The translations under genes and the position numbers were made by a program. The notes under the pieces were generated by a model. That model had not been told where the DNA came from. It made no database searches and saw nothing but the letters and a program-made list of their open reading frames with translations. Below, piece after piece: positions 1 to 8,921 of a stretch of DNA of 64,000 nt. Source of the stretch: an uncultured bacterium (lineage in GTDB: Bacteria; Patescibacteriota; Microgenomatia; Levybacterales; UBA12049); the NCBI GenBank assembly GCA_963826535.1, contig CAWGXL010000010.1, positions 42,814 through 106,813 on the forward strand. The letters run 5' to 3'. Within the stretch, counting starts at the first letter, position 1, and each line of letters begins with the position of its first letter.

Positions 1-380
1 TTAAATAAATCTGCTTTAAAAGCATAAAATAATGTTGTCAGAATAATACCCACCCCAATAAGTACAGGGGCAATACCGATCATTAGTCTTCTGAAAGGAT
101 CTGTTTTCTCTACAGATACGCTTCCCAATCTTAAACTGTTTCCATTTAGCTTAGGCAAGAGCGATATTTGACCTGTAGAAACAAAAAGAAGTCTGGCTAC
201 TAGCCAATGGGCAAATTCATGAAGAAAAGTCCCGGGCAAAAAAATAAAAGCCAATAGATATGCCGTGAAGTTCTTATTTCTTGTCAGTCGATAGAAAAAA
301 CTAGAAAAAAGTACGGTAATATTTTGCGAAAGTAAATAAAGTAAAAACAGTTCAAAAACGAATAATCCTGCAAATTGCAT
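1..380 (-). CDS. Membrane metalloprotease, M50/S2P-like (HExxH); partial, C-terminus runs off the window start
   Basis: Hand translation of the minus strand from ATG 380..378 gives an open frame to position 1: MQFAGLFVFELFLLYLLSQN...LHEFAHWLVARLL... The LHEFAHW motif matches the HExxH site of RseP/SpoIVFB-type site-2 proteases, and the protein is hydrophobic. Not in the supplied ORF track because it lacks an in-window stop. Confidence 0.4.
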   Translation of the reverse strand, partial: MQFAGLFVFELFLLYLLSQNITVLFSSFFYRLTRNKNFTAYLLAFIFLPGTFLHEFAHWLVARLLFVSTGQISLLPKLNGNSLRLGSVSVEKTDPFRRLMIGIAPVLIGVGIILTTLFYAFKADLF

Positions 381-436
381 ATACTTTAAGAGAATTATGT
401 CAAATCTGAAGTAGTCGTGCAAATGACAAAAAACCC

Positions 437-466
437 GCCTGCCCTGCGGGTTTTTTGTCTGTTGTC
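437..466. terminator. GC-rich hairpin flanked by A-run and T-run (bidirectional terminator-like)
   Basis: aaaaacccgcctgccctgcgggttttttgt: stem ACCCGC/GCGGGT with A/T tracts on both sides; sits between the minus-strand gene start (380) and the plus-strand gene (630). Confidence 0.35.
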
Positions 467-535
467 GTTTACGTAAACTATTTATAGTATACAGATATTA
501 AAATGGGATAAAAAGACTGTAAGGGTTAAGTAACA

Positions 536-576
536 ATCTCCCAACCCCCTTTACTAAAGGGGGCGAAGGGGGATTT
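536..576. repeat. Short variant of the nested palindromic element (copy 1 of 3), intergenic
   Basis: atctcccaaccccctttactaaagggggcgaagggggattt shares the CCCCCTTTAyTAAAGGGGG core and the ...GGGGGATTT arm with the copies at 20565 and 24399. Confidence 0.6.
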
Positions 577-629
577 TTAAAATGCCCCTTGCAATTCTTT
601 AAAAACATGTTCTATACTAAATATTAGAT

Positions 630-1223
630 ATGCCAAGAAAGACTCTCGCCCTTATTTCTGGGCTTGTATTAATTACATTTATTCTATTCGTTATTGCGCT
701 TAAGAGCACCAAAACAGCACCGCCCCCTGCGTCCATGACACCACCTCTTGAGAATCAGGCAATATCTGTACCTACTGCGACACCCTTGGTTCCCGTTCAT
801 TCTGTCTTGAGTCTTTCTCCTAATCCAGTCAGCGTCGCACCTGGCCAATCTGGAAGTGTTGCAGTAAATATTGATACCTCAGATAATGAAGTTACAGCTG
901 TTCAGCTGGAAATAGCCTACGATCCCAATGTTGTTTCTAACGTGCAAGTTGTACCTGGGGCGTTATTCACTAATCCGGTTGTGCTCATTAATAAAAATTC
1001 TGTGAAGGAAGGAAGATTTACATATGCATTTGGTATTACGCCCAATCACACGCCGATCCAGGGGAACGGCACAGCTGCGACAATAACTTTTAAAGTACTT
1101 AATAAACCCGGGGAGGTTTCGCAAATGACGCTTCTTCCGACAACGCTCGTTACCGCCAGAGGTATTTCAAACTCAGTTCTTAAATCAGCCACAGGAACAC
1201 TTGTCCAGATTACAAATATTTAA
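630..1223 (+). CDS. N-terminally anchored, probably secreted protein with a cohesin-like beta-sandwich region
   Basis: N-terminal TM/signal segment (LALISGLVLITFILFVIAL), then a Pro-rich linker and a cohesin-like pattern (VAVNIDTSDNEVTAVQLEIAYDPNVV...TITFKVLNKPG). Confidence 0.4.
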   Translation: MPRKTLALISGLVLITFILFVIALKSTKTAPPPASMTPPLENQAISVPTATPLVPVHSVLSLSPNPVSVAPGQSGSVAVNIDTSDNEVTAVQLEIAYDPNVVSNVQVVPGALFTNPVVLINKNSVKEGRFTYAFGITPNHTPIQGNGTAATITFKVLNKPGEVSQMTLLPTTLVTARGISNSVLKSATGTLVQITNI

Positions 1224-1262
1224 GCAAGTGCCTCAGACAAAATAATATAGTATAATATCCCT

Positions 1263-2789
1263 ATGATCCTCATCATTGATTTCGGCTCACAAACTACACA
1301 TCTCATCGGCAGACGCCTCAAAGAATTCGGCGTACAAGTATCCATAGTCCAACCGCAACAAGCTTTTTCTGAACTCAAAAAAACCAAACCTGCCGGAATC
1401 ATTCTCTCAGGAGGTCCTTCCTCAGTCTACGAAAAAGGGGCACCTACGATCAATGCAAAGATTTTTAGCCAGAATATTCCTATCCTCGGTATTTGTTATG
1501 GAATGATGCTCATACCTAAACTATTGGGTGGCAAAGTAATTCCCGGCCGCAAAGAATACGGTCCCGCATTGCTCAATTTGAAAAATGGCAAAAGTAAAAT
1601 ATCTTTGAATTTACCCAAATCGTGTACTGTCTGGATGAGCCATGGAGATGAAGTCACTGCAATCCCGCAAGGATTTGAAACTATTGGTTCTACAGATTAT
1701 GTTCCGTTCGCTTTTGTCCAAAATGCCAATAAACAAATCTATGGTGTACAATTCCATCCGGAAGTAGAACATACCCAAGGGGGAGATTTGATTCTGAAAA
1801 ACTTCGTTAACATTTGCAAAATCAAATCTCAAATACAGGAAATTAATATTAAAACTCTCATAAAAGAAATACAGGAGAAAGTTGGAAATAACTATGTAAT
1901 AGGTGCCGTCTCCGGTGGAGTAGACTCAACTGTCGCCGGAGTTTTGACAGCAAAAGCTATTGGTAAGCGTTTTATTCCGGTTTTTGTTGAAAATGGACTA
2001 ATGCGGCCCGGTACCGCAATCGACGTAAAAAAAATATTCCAAGCTCAAGGCATTAAACCAATTATTGTAGATGTTGAGGGCGAAATGATCACCAAACTTA
2101 AAGGCATTTCTGAACCTGAGAAAAAACGCAAACTGATCGGTGGTTTTTATATTCAAATGTTTGAAGCTGAAATGGAAAAATTAAGTGCCAAAAATATACC
2201 GGTCAAATTCCTCATGCAGGGAACGATTTACTCAGATGTTATAGAAAGCAAAGGTACCAAAAATGCAGCCAAAATAAAAAGCCATCATAATGTTGGCGGC
2301 TTACCCAAGGATATGAAACTTGAACTACTTGAACCACTCCGCTATTTCTACAAAGATGAAGTGCGTAAAATCGGTAAATTATTAGATCTCCCGGATGAAT
2401 TTATCCACAAACAAGTTTTCCCCGGTCCTGGGTATGCAGTCAGGATCCGTGGAGAAGTCACGCCAGTTCGTCTGGCAAAAGAAAAACAGGCAGATACAAT
2501 AGTTCTTGAAGAAATGAAAAAAGCCGGCTGGCTTACCAAAGTGTATATGTCATTTCCAATAATGTCCGGCGCTTCCTCCACAGCAGTGAAAGGTGACGGC
2601 CGGTTTTTCGGTGAAGTCATTGCCCTCCGTATAATTGAATCCCGCGATGTCATGACCAGCACCTGGTCCCATCTCCCTTATGATCTACTTCAAAGAATTT
2701 CCTCCCGCATCGTCAACGAAGTTCCAGCCATTTCCCGCGTAGTTTATGACATCACTACCAAACCCCCGGCCACTATGGAATGGGAGTAA
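1263..2789 (+). CDS. guaA: GMP synthase (glutamine-hydrolysing)
   Basis: N-terminal class-I glutamine amidotransferase (ILIIDFGSQTTHLIGRRLKEFGV, GICYGMM), a central ATP-PPase SGGVDS motif, and a C-terminal GMP synthase dimerisation domain; full length 508 aa. Confidence 0.9.
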   Translation: MILIIDFGSQTTHLIGRRLKEFGVQVSIVQPQQAFSELKKTKPAGIILSGGPSSVYEKGAPTINAKIFSQNIPILGICYGMMLIPKLLGGKVIPGRKEYGPALLNLKNGKSKISLNLPKSCTVWMSHGDEVTAIPQGFETIGSTDYVPFAFVQNANKQIYGVQFHPEVEHTQGGDLILKNFVNICKIKSQIQEINIKTLIKEIQEKVGNNYVIGAVSGGVDSTVAGVLTAKAIGKRFIPVFVENGLMRPGTAIDVKKIFQAQGIKPIIVDVEGEMITKLKGISEPEKKRKLIGGFYIQMFEAEMEKLSAKNIPVKFLMQGTIYSDVIESKGTKNAAKIKSHHNVGGLPKDMKLELLEPLRYFYKDEVRKIGKLLDLPDEFIHKQVFPGPGYAVRIRGEVTPVRLAKEKQADTIVLEEMKKAGWLTKVYMSFPIMSGASSTAVKGDGRFFGEVIALRIIESRDVMTSTWSHLPYDLLQRISSRIVNEVPAISRVVYDITTKPPATMEWE

Positions 2790-2937
2790 TTTATACCACT
2801 CTGCTTTTATACTACAAATTTATGATACCTAACGAGCCTCTCATAGCGGGGCAAAGTGTTATAAATATTCATTTTCTTATTATTTTCTTACTTGATTTTA
2901 TCGGTATTATCTCTTTTTATGAATAAACTAACTTACT

Positions 2938-3510
2938 ATGCCAAGATTAAAACCTAGGGAAGCCACAATTTATAATAAAGAGATTACCGGCATTCCGCCT
3001 GCTTTGGGAAATGCCAGAATAACTCGTAAACAAACATTTGAGCATGATGTTACACAGAATGGAAATGTGGAAAATATATCGGCAAAACAGGTAGAAAATC
3101 AGCGGCACGAATCCCATTTAAAAATGAGCGAAATTTCAAAGAGTCGAACTGATGTTCTTTTTCAAGCCAGAACTGTTTTCCCATTCGATCTTTTTCCAAA
3201 AGTACTGACAATCAGCTCTACAAAAATAGAAGCAAAGTTAAATTCATTTTTTTACACTTATAGTACAGTCACTATCCCATTGCAGGACATAGCAAACGTA
3301 GAGCTTAATTCTTCTCTCTTTTTTTCTACTTTAAACGTTATTAATATAAGATCCAAGGACCCGCTTGTTATGCGTTTTTTGTGGAATAGGGATGCGATCA
3401 AAGGTAAAAAACTTATAAATGGATTGTTGATCGCCCAGGAATCAGGTGTAGACGTATCAGTTATAGAACCAAAAAAGCTTCTACCGCAATTAGAAGGATT
3501 GGGAGCCTAA
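2938..3510 (+). CDS. Hypothetical protein
   Basis: 190-aa ORF with no recognisable motifs; start codon uncertain. Confidence 0.35.
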   Translation: MPRLKPREATIYNKEITGIPPALGNARITRKQTFEHDVTQNGNVENISAKQVENQRHESHLKMSEISKSRTDVLFQARTVFPFDLFPKVLTISSTKIEAKLNSFFYTYSTVTIPLQDIANVELNSSLFFSTLNVINIRSKDPLVMRFLWNRDAIKGKKLINGLLIAQESGVDVSVIEPKKLLPQLEGLGA

Positions 3511-3566
3511 TTTATAGTGGAGAAACATCTTCAAAGATGGTATAATATACGTGGCATAAATATAGT

Positions 3567-5870
3567 ATGGAGAAAAATTTAGCTGTTATAAAAAAGACAG
3601 CATTAATGGTTAAAGTTCCAAAAGAAGTTGAGAATTCGTATGAGAAATTTACCTCTTTTTTCAATGATCTACATAAATTCATTAAAGATAGAAAGGAATT
3701 AAGCCACAGTCAAAAGACAATAAGTATCGAACTGGTTCTTAGGGAGAATTATCTTCATTATTTTATTATTCTTGAACCGATTTTGGCGCATGTGGTAAAA
3801 AGCCTACTTTTCACACGATTTCCCGACACGGAAATTATGGATTTGGCACCTCCTGAGTTACCCAAAACAAATACTGCTAGAAGGTATAAAGAGTATAAAT
3901 TAAAACATTCAAATTATTTACCTTTAAGAATGGGATTCACTTATCAAAACGACCCCTATTTAACACTTTCTGCAGTCCTTTCCAAATTGGAGCATTTTAA
4001 TGAAGGCATAATAATTCAAATACTTATTTCTCCAGGTGATGAATCGTGGAACACAGAATTTGTACGACAGAATTTATCTCACCTCGTGGGTAGAATGGAA
4101 AGCATCAAATTATTTTTAGAGAAACCATTTATATCACGCGAGACGATTGATTATGAAACAGAAATGCAAAAGAAATTCGCTCACGGTGAAGATTTTTTCT
4201 ATACAAATATCCGAATTGCATACTATGGCCAAGACGAACTGGAGCTCCATCAAAATGTAATGCTTCTAGAAAAAGCTTTTGAAAAATTCAGAACTGGGGA
4301 AGACGGCAATATTAATGAGCTAGTGCCCCTTAAAATGCCGGAGGCAAAGATTCAAAATAATTTTACCAATCGAACTTTTTCCCCTCACAAAATGCTTCTA
4401 AACGTTAAAGAAATAGCTACACTTTACCATTTTCCAAATACTGCTACAGGTATTGAAGCAGTTGAAGAGGTAAAATCAAAAAAAATTGAGCCGCCGAAAG
4501 AGCTACCTGTCGCGAAATTCCTTACAAATCCCGAAATTTCGACTTTTGCCAGAACATGGTCAAGAGGAAACAGCCTGGAATTTGGAGTAAAAAGACTTGA
4601 TAGAGGCAAGCATCTTTACATAGTTGGTAAAACCGGAATGGGAAAAAGCGGCCTTATTGAACTTCTGACGATCTCGGATATATATCAGGATCAAGGCTTT
4701 TGCGTAATTGATCCGCACGGCGATTTGGTAAATGAGATATTGCGTTATATACCTGAGAGGAGGGTTAAGGATGTTATTTATTTTAATCCGGCGGATAGCG
4801 AGTTTCCGATTGGATTTAATCCGCTTGAATGTTTTTCGCCAGAGGATAAACATCAGGTTGTTACAGGATTTGTGTCAATATTTAAAAAGCTCTTCGCGGC
4901 AACCTGGACAAACCGACTGGAACATGTATTGCGCTTTACTGTTCTCGCACTTATTGAAGCAGGCGACGCAACTATTGTAGATATTGTAAAACTCCTGACA
5001 GATATTAATTTTCGCCAACAAGTTGTTAAAAAAATTCAGGATCCGATGGTCAAAAATTTCTGGACGCATGAATTTTCTTCCTGGAATGAGCGCTTCGATA
5101 ATGAAGCGGTTATACCGATTATCAATCAGGTCGGACAATTCTTGTCCAATGATTATATAAGAAATGTTGTAGGACAAAGAAAATCCCGCATTGACTTTTT
5201 TAAGTCAATGAATGAGGGCAAAATTATTATCATTAATCTTGCCAAGGGAAAATTGGGAGAAGAGAATGCTTCGCTTTTGGGATCAATGATGATCACCAAG
5301 ATACAGGAAGCAGCCATGGCGCGGATCGCCTTGCCGAAGAATCAAAGACGACCGTTTTATCTGTATGTTGATGAGTTTCAAAATTTTGCCACAGAATCAT
5401 TCGATGAAATTCTCTCAGAGGCGAGAAAATTTAATTTATTTTTGACTATTGCGCATCAATATATTGATCAGCTGACTGAAGCCATTCGTAAAACAGCATT
5501 TGGTAATATAGGATCAATTATTTGTTTTCGTGTCGGCTCTGAAGATGCTCATTTTTTGGGTCGTGAATTTGCTCCTTATTTCACACCGGACGATATTATA
5601 AGTCTTGACTTTAGAGAAGCCTGTGTTAAACTTTCAATTGATGGTAAAACTTCGGATCCTTTTTCAAGTTTCACAATTGAAATACCAACACCGAAAGAGA
5701 ACCATGTTGAAGAGATTATTGCTTACTCAAGACAGCAATACTCATTAACGAAAAAAGAAGTTGAAAAAGAGATGTATAAAGATTCAGACGCAATGACGCA
5801 CATTGCAGGAGAACAAAAGGTTGATTCCAGCGAAGCTGACGATACATTTGATGAACCATTAATAAACTAG
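3567..5870 (+). CDS. P-loop NTPase of the VirD4/TraG/HerA-FtsK class (coupling-protein-like ATPase, no TM segments)
   Basis: Walker A GKTGMGKSG, Walker B hhhhDEF (FYLYVDEFQNF), then RKFNLFLTIAHQYIDQL resembling the TraG/VirD4 C-terminal motif; 767 aa; its stop abuts the next ORF. Confidence 0.55.
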   Translation: MEKNLAVIKKTALMVKVPKEVENSYEKFTSFFNDLHKFIKDRKELSHSQKTISIELVLRENYLHYFIILEPILAHVVKSLLFTRFPDTEIMDLAPPELPKTNTARRYKEYKLKHSNYLPLRMGFTYQNDPYLTLSAVLSKLEHFNEGIIIQILISPGDESWNTEFVRQNLSHLVGRMESIKLFLEKPFISRETIDYETEMQKKFAHGEDFFYTNIRIAYYGQDELELHQNVMLLEKAFEKFRTGEDGNINELVPLKMPEAKIQNNFTNRTFSPHKMLLNVKEIATLYHFPNTATGIEAVEEVKSKKIEPPKELPVAKFLTNPEISTFARTWSRGNSLEFGVKRLDRGKHLYIVGKTGMGKSGLIELLTISDIYQDQGFCVIDPHGDLVNEILRYIPERRVKDVIYFNPADSEFPIGFNPLECFSPEDKHQVVTGFVSIFKKLFAATWTNRLEHVLRFTVLALIEAGDATIVDIVKLLTDINFRQQVVKKIQDPMVKNFWTHEFSSWNERFDNEAVIPIINQVGQFLSNDYIRNVVGQRKSRIDFFKSMNEGKIIIINLAKGKLGEENASLLGSMMITKIQEAAMARIALPKNQRRPFYLYVDEFQNFATESFDEILSEARKFNLFLTIAHQYIDQLTEAIRKTAFGNIGSIICFRVGSEDAHFLGREFAPYFTPDDIISLDFREACVKLSIDGKTSDPFSSFTIEIPTPKENHVEEIIAYSRQQYSLTKKEVEKEMYKDSDAMTHIAGEQKVDSSEADDTFDEPLIN

Positions 5871-5872
5871 TT

Positions 5873-6151
5873 ATGGAAAGAACATGTAAACGCTGCGGAG
5901 CCAAATTTAAGATGATCAAGCAGGAGCTTGAATTCTATAAGGAAATGGGACTCCCTCATCCTGATAATTGCCCGACATGTAGACAGGAACTCCGCGAAGC
6001 AATGCGTAATGAAAGAAAATTCTATAAATATCCCTGTGCCAAATGCGGCAAAGACATGGTAACAACCCATAACCCCGATAAAAAGTTAATCGTTTATTGC
6101 ATCCCCTGTTATACGGAGTTTCGCAACACCGTAGACCTGACAAAAGAGTAA
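5873..6151 (+). CDS. Double zinc-ribbon protein (4 x CxxC)
   Basis: CKRC...CPTC and CAKC...CIPC pairs in 92 aa; starts 3 nt after the ATPase stop and ends immediately before the first Cys-rich paralog. Confidence 0.6.
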   Translation: MERTCKRCGAKFKMIKQELEFYKEMGLPHPDNCPTCRQELREAMRNERKFYKYPCAKCGKDMVTTHNPDKKLIVYCIPCYTEFRNTVDLTKE

Positions 6152-7042
6152 ATGACCTTTCTCCAAAAATACGAGCTTCTGAAGAAATCCATTCCAGTCC
6201 CTGCTATGGCAAATGACACACAATCTATCGGTTGTGAATACTCAGATGGGATGGTTGCAAGTAAAAACTGTTTCTTCTGTGAGGGAGGCTGGCAGGAGGA
6301 TTGTATTTATGCTCATTTCTCTCCTTTTAATAATAAAGTTGTAGATAGTCTACATACGTCTAATTCGGAAAAATGTTTTATGTGTGTTAATTGCGACAAG
6401 TGTCATAGCTCTACATATTTAATTGATTGTGTTAGCTGTACTGATTGCCATTTCTCTGCCTTATTAAGCTCATGTACCGATTGCTTCGGCTGCGTTGACC
6501 TAACCCGCAAAAAATATTGTATTTTTAATAAACAATTTACTAAGGAAGAATATTTTAAAAAAGTTGAGGAATTAAAAAAAGAAAAACCGGAAAGTATTCT
6601 TAAGCAAATGTTTGAGATAAAAAAGAAAGTGCCACATCCGGCAAGTCAACAATTCAATAATGAAAATTGTCTATATGGCAATCATATGTATAATTCAAAG
6701 AATTGTTTTTGGGCTTTCAATAGTTGGACTAGCGAAGATTCTGGATACATTTTTAATTGCCCTTCAGTCGTAAATTGTTGGGATCAACATAGGGTTTCTC
6801 ATAGTGAGCGCTGCTATGAGATGGTCCAATCGCCCTATAATTATGAGTGCGCATTTCTATTTGATTGCGAAAGGTCTAAAAACTGCTTTTATAGTACAAG
6901 GCTTATAAACTGTACCGATTGTTTCGGCTGTGTGGCTTTAAAAAATAAAAAATATTGCATTTTAAATAATCAACTATCCAAAGAGCAATACGAAAAAGCA
7001 GTAATAGTGATTAAAAAAGAATTAGGCTGGCAAATATCGTGA
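6152..7042 (+). CDS. Cys-rich repeat protein, paralog 1 of 4 (unassigned family)
   Basis: About 12% Cys; N-terminus MTFLQKYELLKKSIP; repeated C-x2-C-x2-S-x2-L units; each half ends CFGCV(D/G)L..KKYCI(F/L)N.Q(F/L/Y)(T/S)KE(E/Q)Y; C-terminal IKKELGWQIS. Confidence 0.7.
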   Translation: MTFLQKYELLKKSIPVPAMANDTQSIGCEYSDGMVASKNCFFCEGGWQEDCIYAHFSPFNNKVVDSLHTSNSEKCFMCVNCDKCHSSTYLIDCVSCTDCHFSALLSSCTDCFGCVDLTRKKYCIFNKQFTKEEYFKKVEELKKEKPESILKQMFEIKKKVPHPASQQFNNENCLYGNHMYNSKNCFWAFNSWTSEDSGYIFNCPSVVNCWDQHRVSHSERCYEMVQSPYNYECAFLFDCERSKNCFYSTRLINCTDCFGCVALKNKKYCILNNQLSKEQYEKAVIVIKKELGWQIS

Positions 7043-7073
7043 TAACCCATGTTACCTGCTATAATATTGAACA

Positions 7074-7982
7074 ATGACTTTTCTTGAGAAATTCGAACTC
7101 CTGAAAAAATCAATCCCTATCCCGTCTGTAATTGCCAGCTCCTCTGTTGACTGCGATTATACTGATTTTGTCGATCGATGCAAGAATTGCTACTATTCCT
7201 TCGATGCGTATTATCTTGAAAATAATATATATACATATTATGGAGCATATAACAAAATGTTATTAGATTGTCATGGAATGGGTGAATCGGAAAAATGTTA
7301 TGAAAGCGTAGATTGCACAAAGTGCCACAGCTGTACCTATTTAATAAACTGCAATGGAAGTAGTGACTGTCATTTTTCAGCCTACTTAAACTCATGCAGT
7401 GATTGCTTCGGGTGTGTTGATTTAACTCATAAAAAATATTGCATATTTAACCGTCAATATACAAAGGAGGAATACTTCAAAAAAATTGAAGAGCTAAAAA
7501 CAGAAAATCCAAAGAATTTACTAGAGCAAATGTCAGATCTCGAACGAAAGTTGCCGCATCCTGCAACTTACCAATCCAATAGCGAAAATTGTCCATACGG
7601 TAATAATATTTATAATTCAAAGAATTGTTTTTGGTCTTTCAATACATATTATTTTGAAAACTCGGGCTATTCTTATTATGTATCATACGCAAAGAATTGT
7701 TGGGATGTCTCTGAATTTGGAGGAAACCCGGGAGTAAAAACAATTTCGGAGAGATGTTATGAGAATTTAAATACAGAGACTTGTTACGATTGCGCGTTTC
7801 TTGTGTCAAGCAAAAACTGCACAAACTGCCACTACAGTGACCAGCTAATAAACTGTTCCGACTGTTTCGGTTGCGTAGGGTTAAAAAGTAAAAAATACTG
7901 TATATTAAACAATCAACTTACAAAAGAACAATATTCACAAGCCCTAAAAGAAATCAAAAAAGAACTTGGGTGGAAGACTTAG
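7074..7982 (+). CDS. Cys-rich repeat protein, paralog 2 of 4
   Basis: Aligns along its full length with paralog 1 (MTFLEKFELLKKSIP..., CFGCVDLTHKKYCIFNRQYTKEEYFKK, ...IKKELGWKT). Confidence 0.7.
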   Translation: MTFLEKFELLKKSIPIPSVIASSSVDCDYTDFVDRCKNCYYSFDAYYLENNIYTYYGAYNKMLLDCHGMGESEKCYESVDCTKCHSCTYLINCNGSSDCHFSAYLNSCSDCFGCVDLTHKKYCIFNRQYTKEEYFKKIEELKTENPKNLLEQMSDLERKLPHPATYQSNSENCPYGNNIYNSKNCFWSFNTYYFENSGYSYYVSYAKNCWDVSEFGGNPGVKTISERCYENLNTETCYDCAFLVSSKNCTNCHYSDQLINCSDCFGCVGLKSKKYCILNNQLTKEQYSQALKEIKKELGWKT

Positions 7983-8011
7983 CAATTATTAATTTTTCTC
8001 TAAATTTAAAT

Positions 8012-8917
8012 ATGAACTTTCTTGAAAAATATGCACTCCTCAAAAAATCCATTCCAGTTCAGGCTGTTTCGGTGCGTTCATCTGTAGATTGTGAATATGC
8101 AGATATCGCCGTAAGTTGTAAGAATTGCTACTACTGCTTCGATTGTTACAAGTTAGAAGGTGGAATGTATACAAATTTCGGCTGGGGGAATAAGTTGGTG
8201 GACTGTCGTTCAGTGATAGAATCAGAAAAATGCTATCAATCTGCGGATTGCAACAAATGCCATAGCTCTACTTACCTTTTTGATTGTAATAGCAGCACAG
8301 ATTGTCATTTCTCCGCTTTTTTGAACTCTTGTGCCAATTGTTTTGGTTGTGTAGGTTTAACACATAAAAAATTTTGTATTTTGAACACTCAATATACCAA
8401 AGAAAAATATCAGGAAAAGTTGGAAGAATTAAAGAAGGAAAACCCTGATAAGCTAATTAAGCAAATGTTAGATTTGAAACAAAAGATCCCGCATCCCGCT
8501 AGTCAGCAGTTCAATTCCGAAAATTGCCCTTATGGTGACTATATGTATGATTCAAAAAATTGCTACTGGGGTTTTTTGATAAATTATTCTGAAAACTCCG
8601 GCTATATTTATGAGAGTGGTACTATGAAGAACTGCTGGGATGTCTTTTTCTCAGGTGGTAACTACAGCCAAAAAACTTTCTCAGAGCGCTGTTATGAGAA
8701 TGTTAATACTGATACTTGCTACGACTCAGTATTTCTAAAAGATAGTGAAAATTGCACGAACTGCTATTATAGTGAAAATATCTTAAACTGTTCCGACTGC
8801 TTCGGTTGTGTAGGACTAAAAAATAAAAAATACTGTGTGCTAAATAACCAACTAACCAAAGACCAATTTACCCAAGCTCAAAAAGAAATCAAGAAAGAGC
8901 TTGGATGGAGGATTTAA
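8012..8917 (+). CDS. Cys-rich repeat protein, paralog 3 of 4
   Basis: The track ORF starts at 7970, but the conserved N-terminus MNFLEKYALLKKSIP begins at ATG 8012; ends ...IKKELGWRI; overlaps/abuts neighbours. Confidence 0.65.
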   Translation: MNFLEKYALLKKSIPVQAVSVRSSVDCEYADIAVSCKNCYYCFDCYKLEGGMYTNFGWGNKLVDCRSVIESEKCYQSADCNKCHSSTYLFDCNSSTDCHFSAFLNSCANCFGCVGLTHKKFCILNTQYTKEKYQEKLEELKKENPDKLIKQMLDLKQKIPHPASQQFNSENCPYGDYMYDSKNCYWGFLINYSENSGYIYESGTMKNCWDVFFSGGNYSQKTFSERCYENVNTDTCYDSVFLKDSENCTNCYYSENILNCSDCFGCVGLKNKKYCVLNNQLTKDQFTQAQKEIKKELGWRI

Positions 8918-8921
8918 TACT

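Noticed and set aside
4424-5177. Antisense/alternate-frame ORFs inside the ATPase gene (and analogous ones inside uvrA, tkt, eno, accBC-CT etc.)
   Set aside because: Fully nested within strongly supported long CDSs, with no motifs. Typical six-frame noise in AT-rich DNA.
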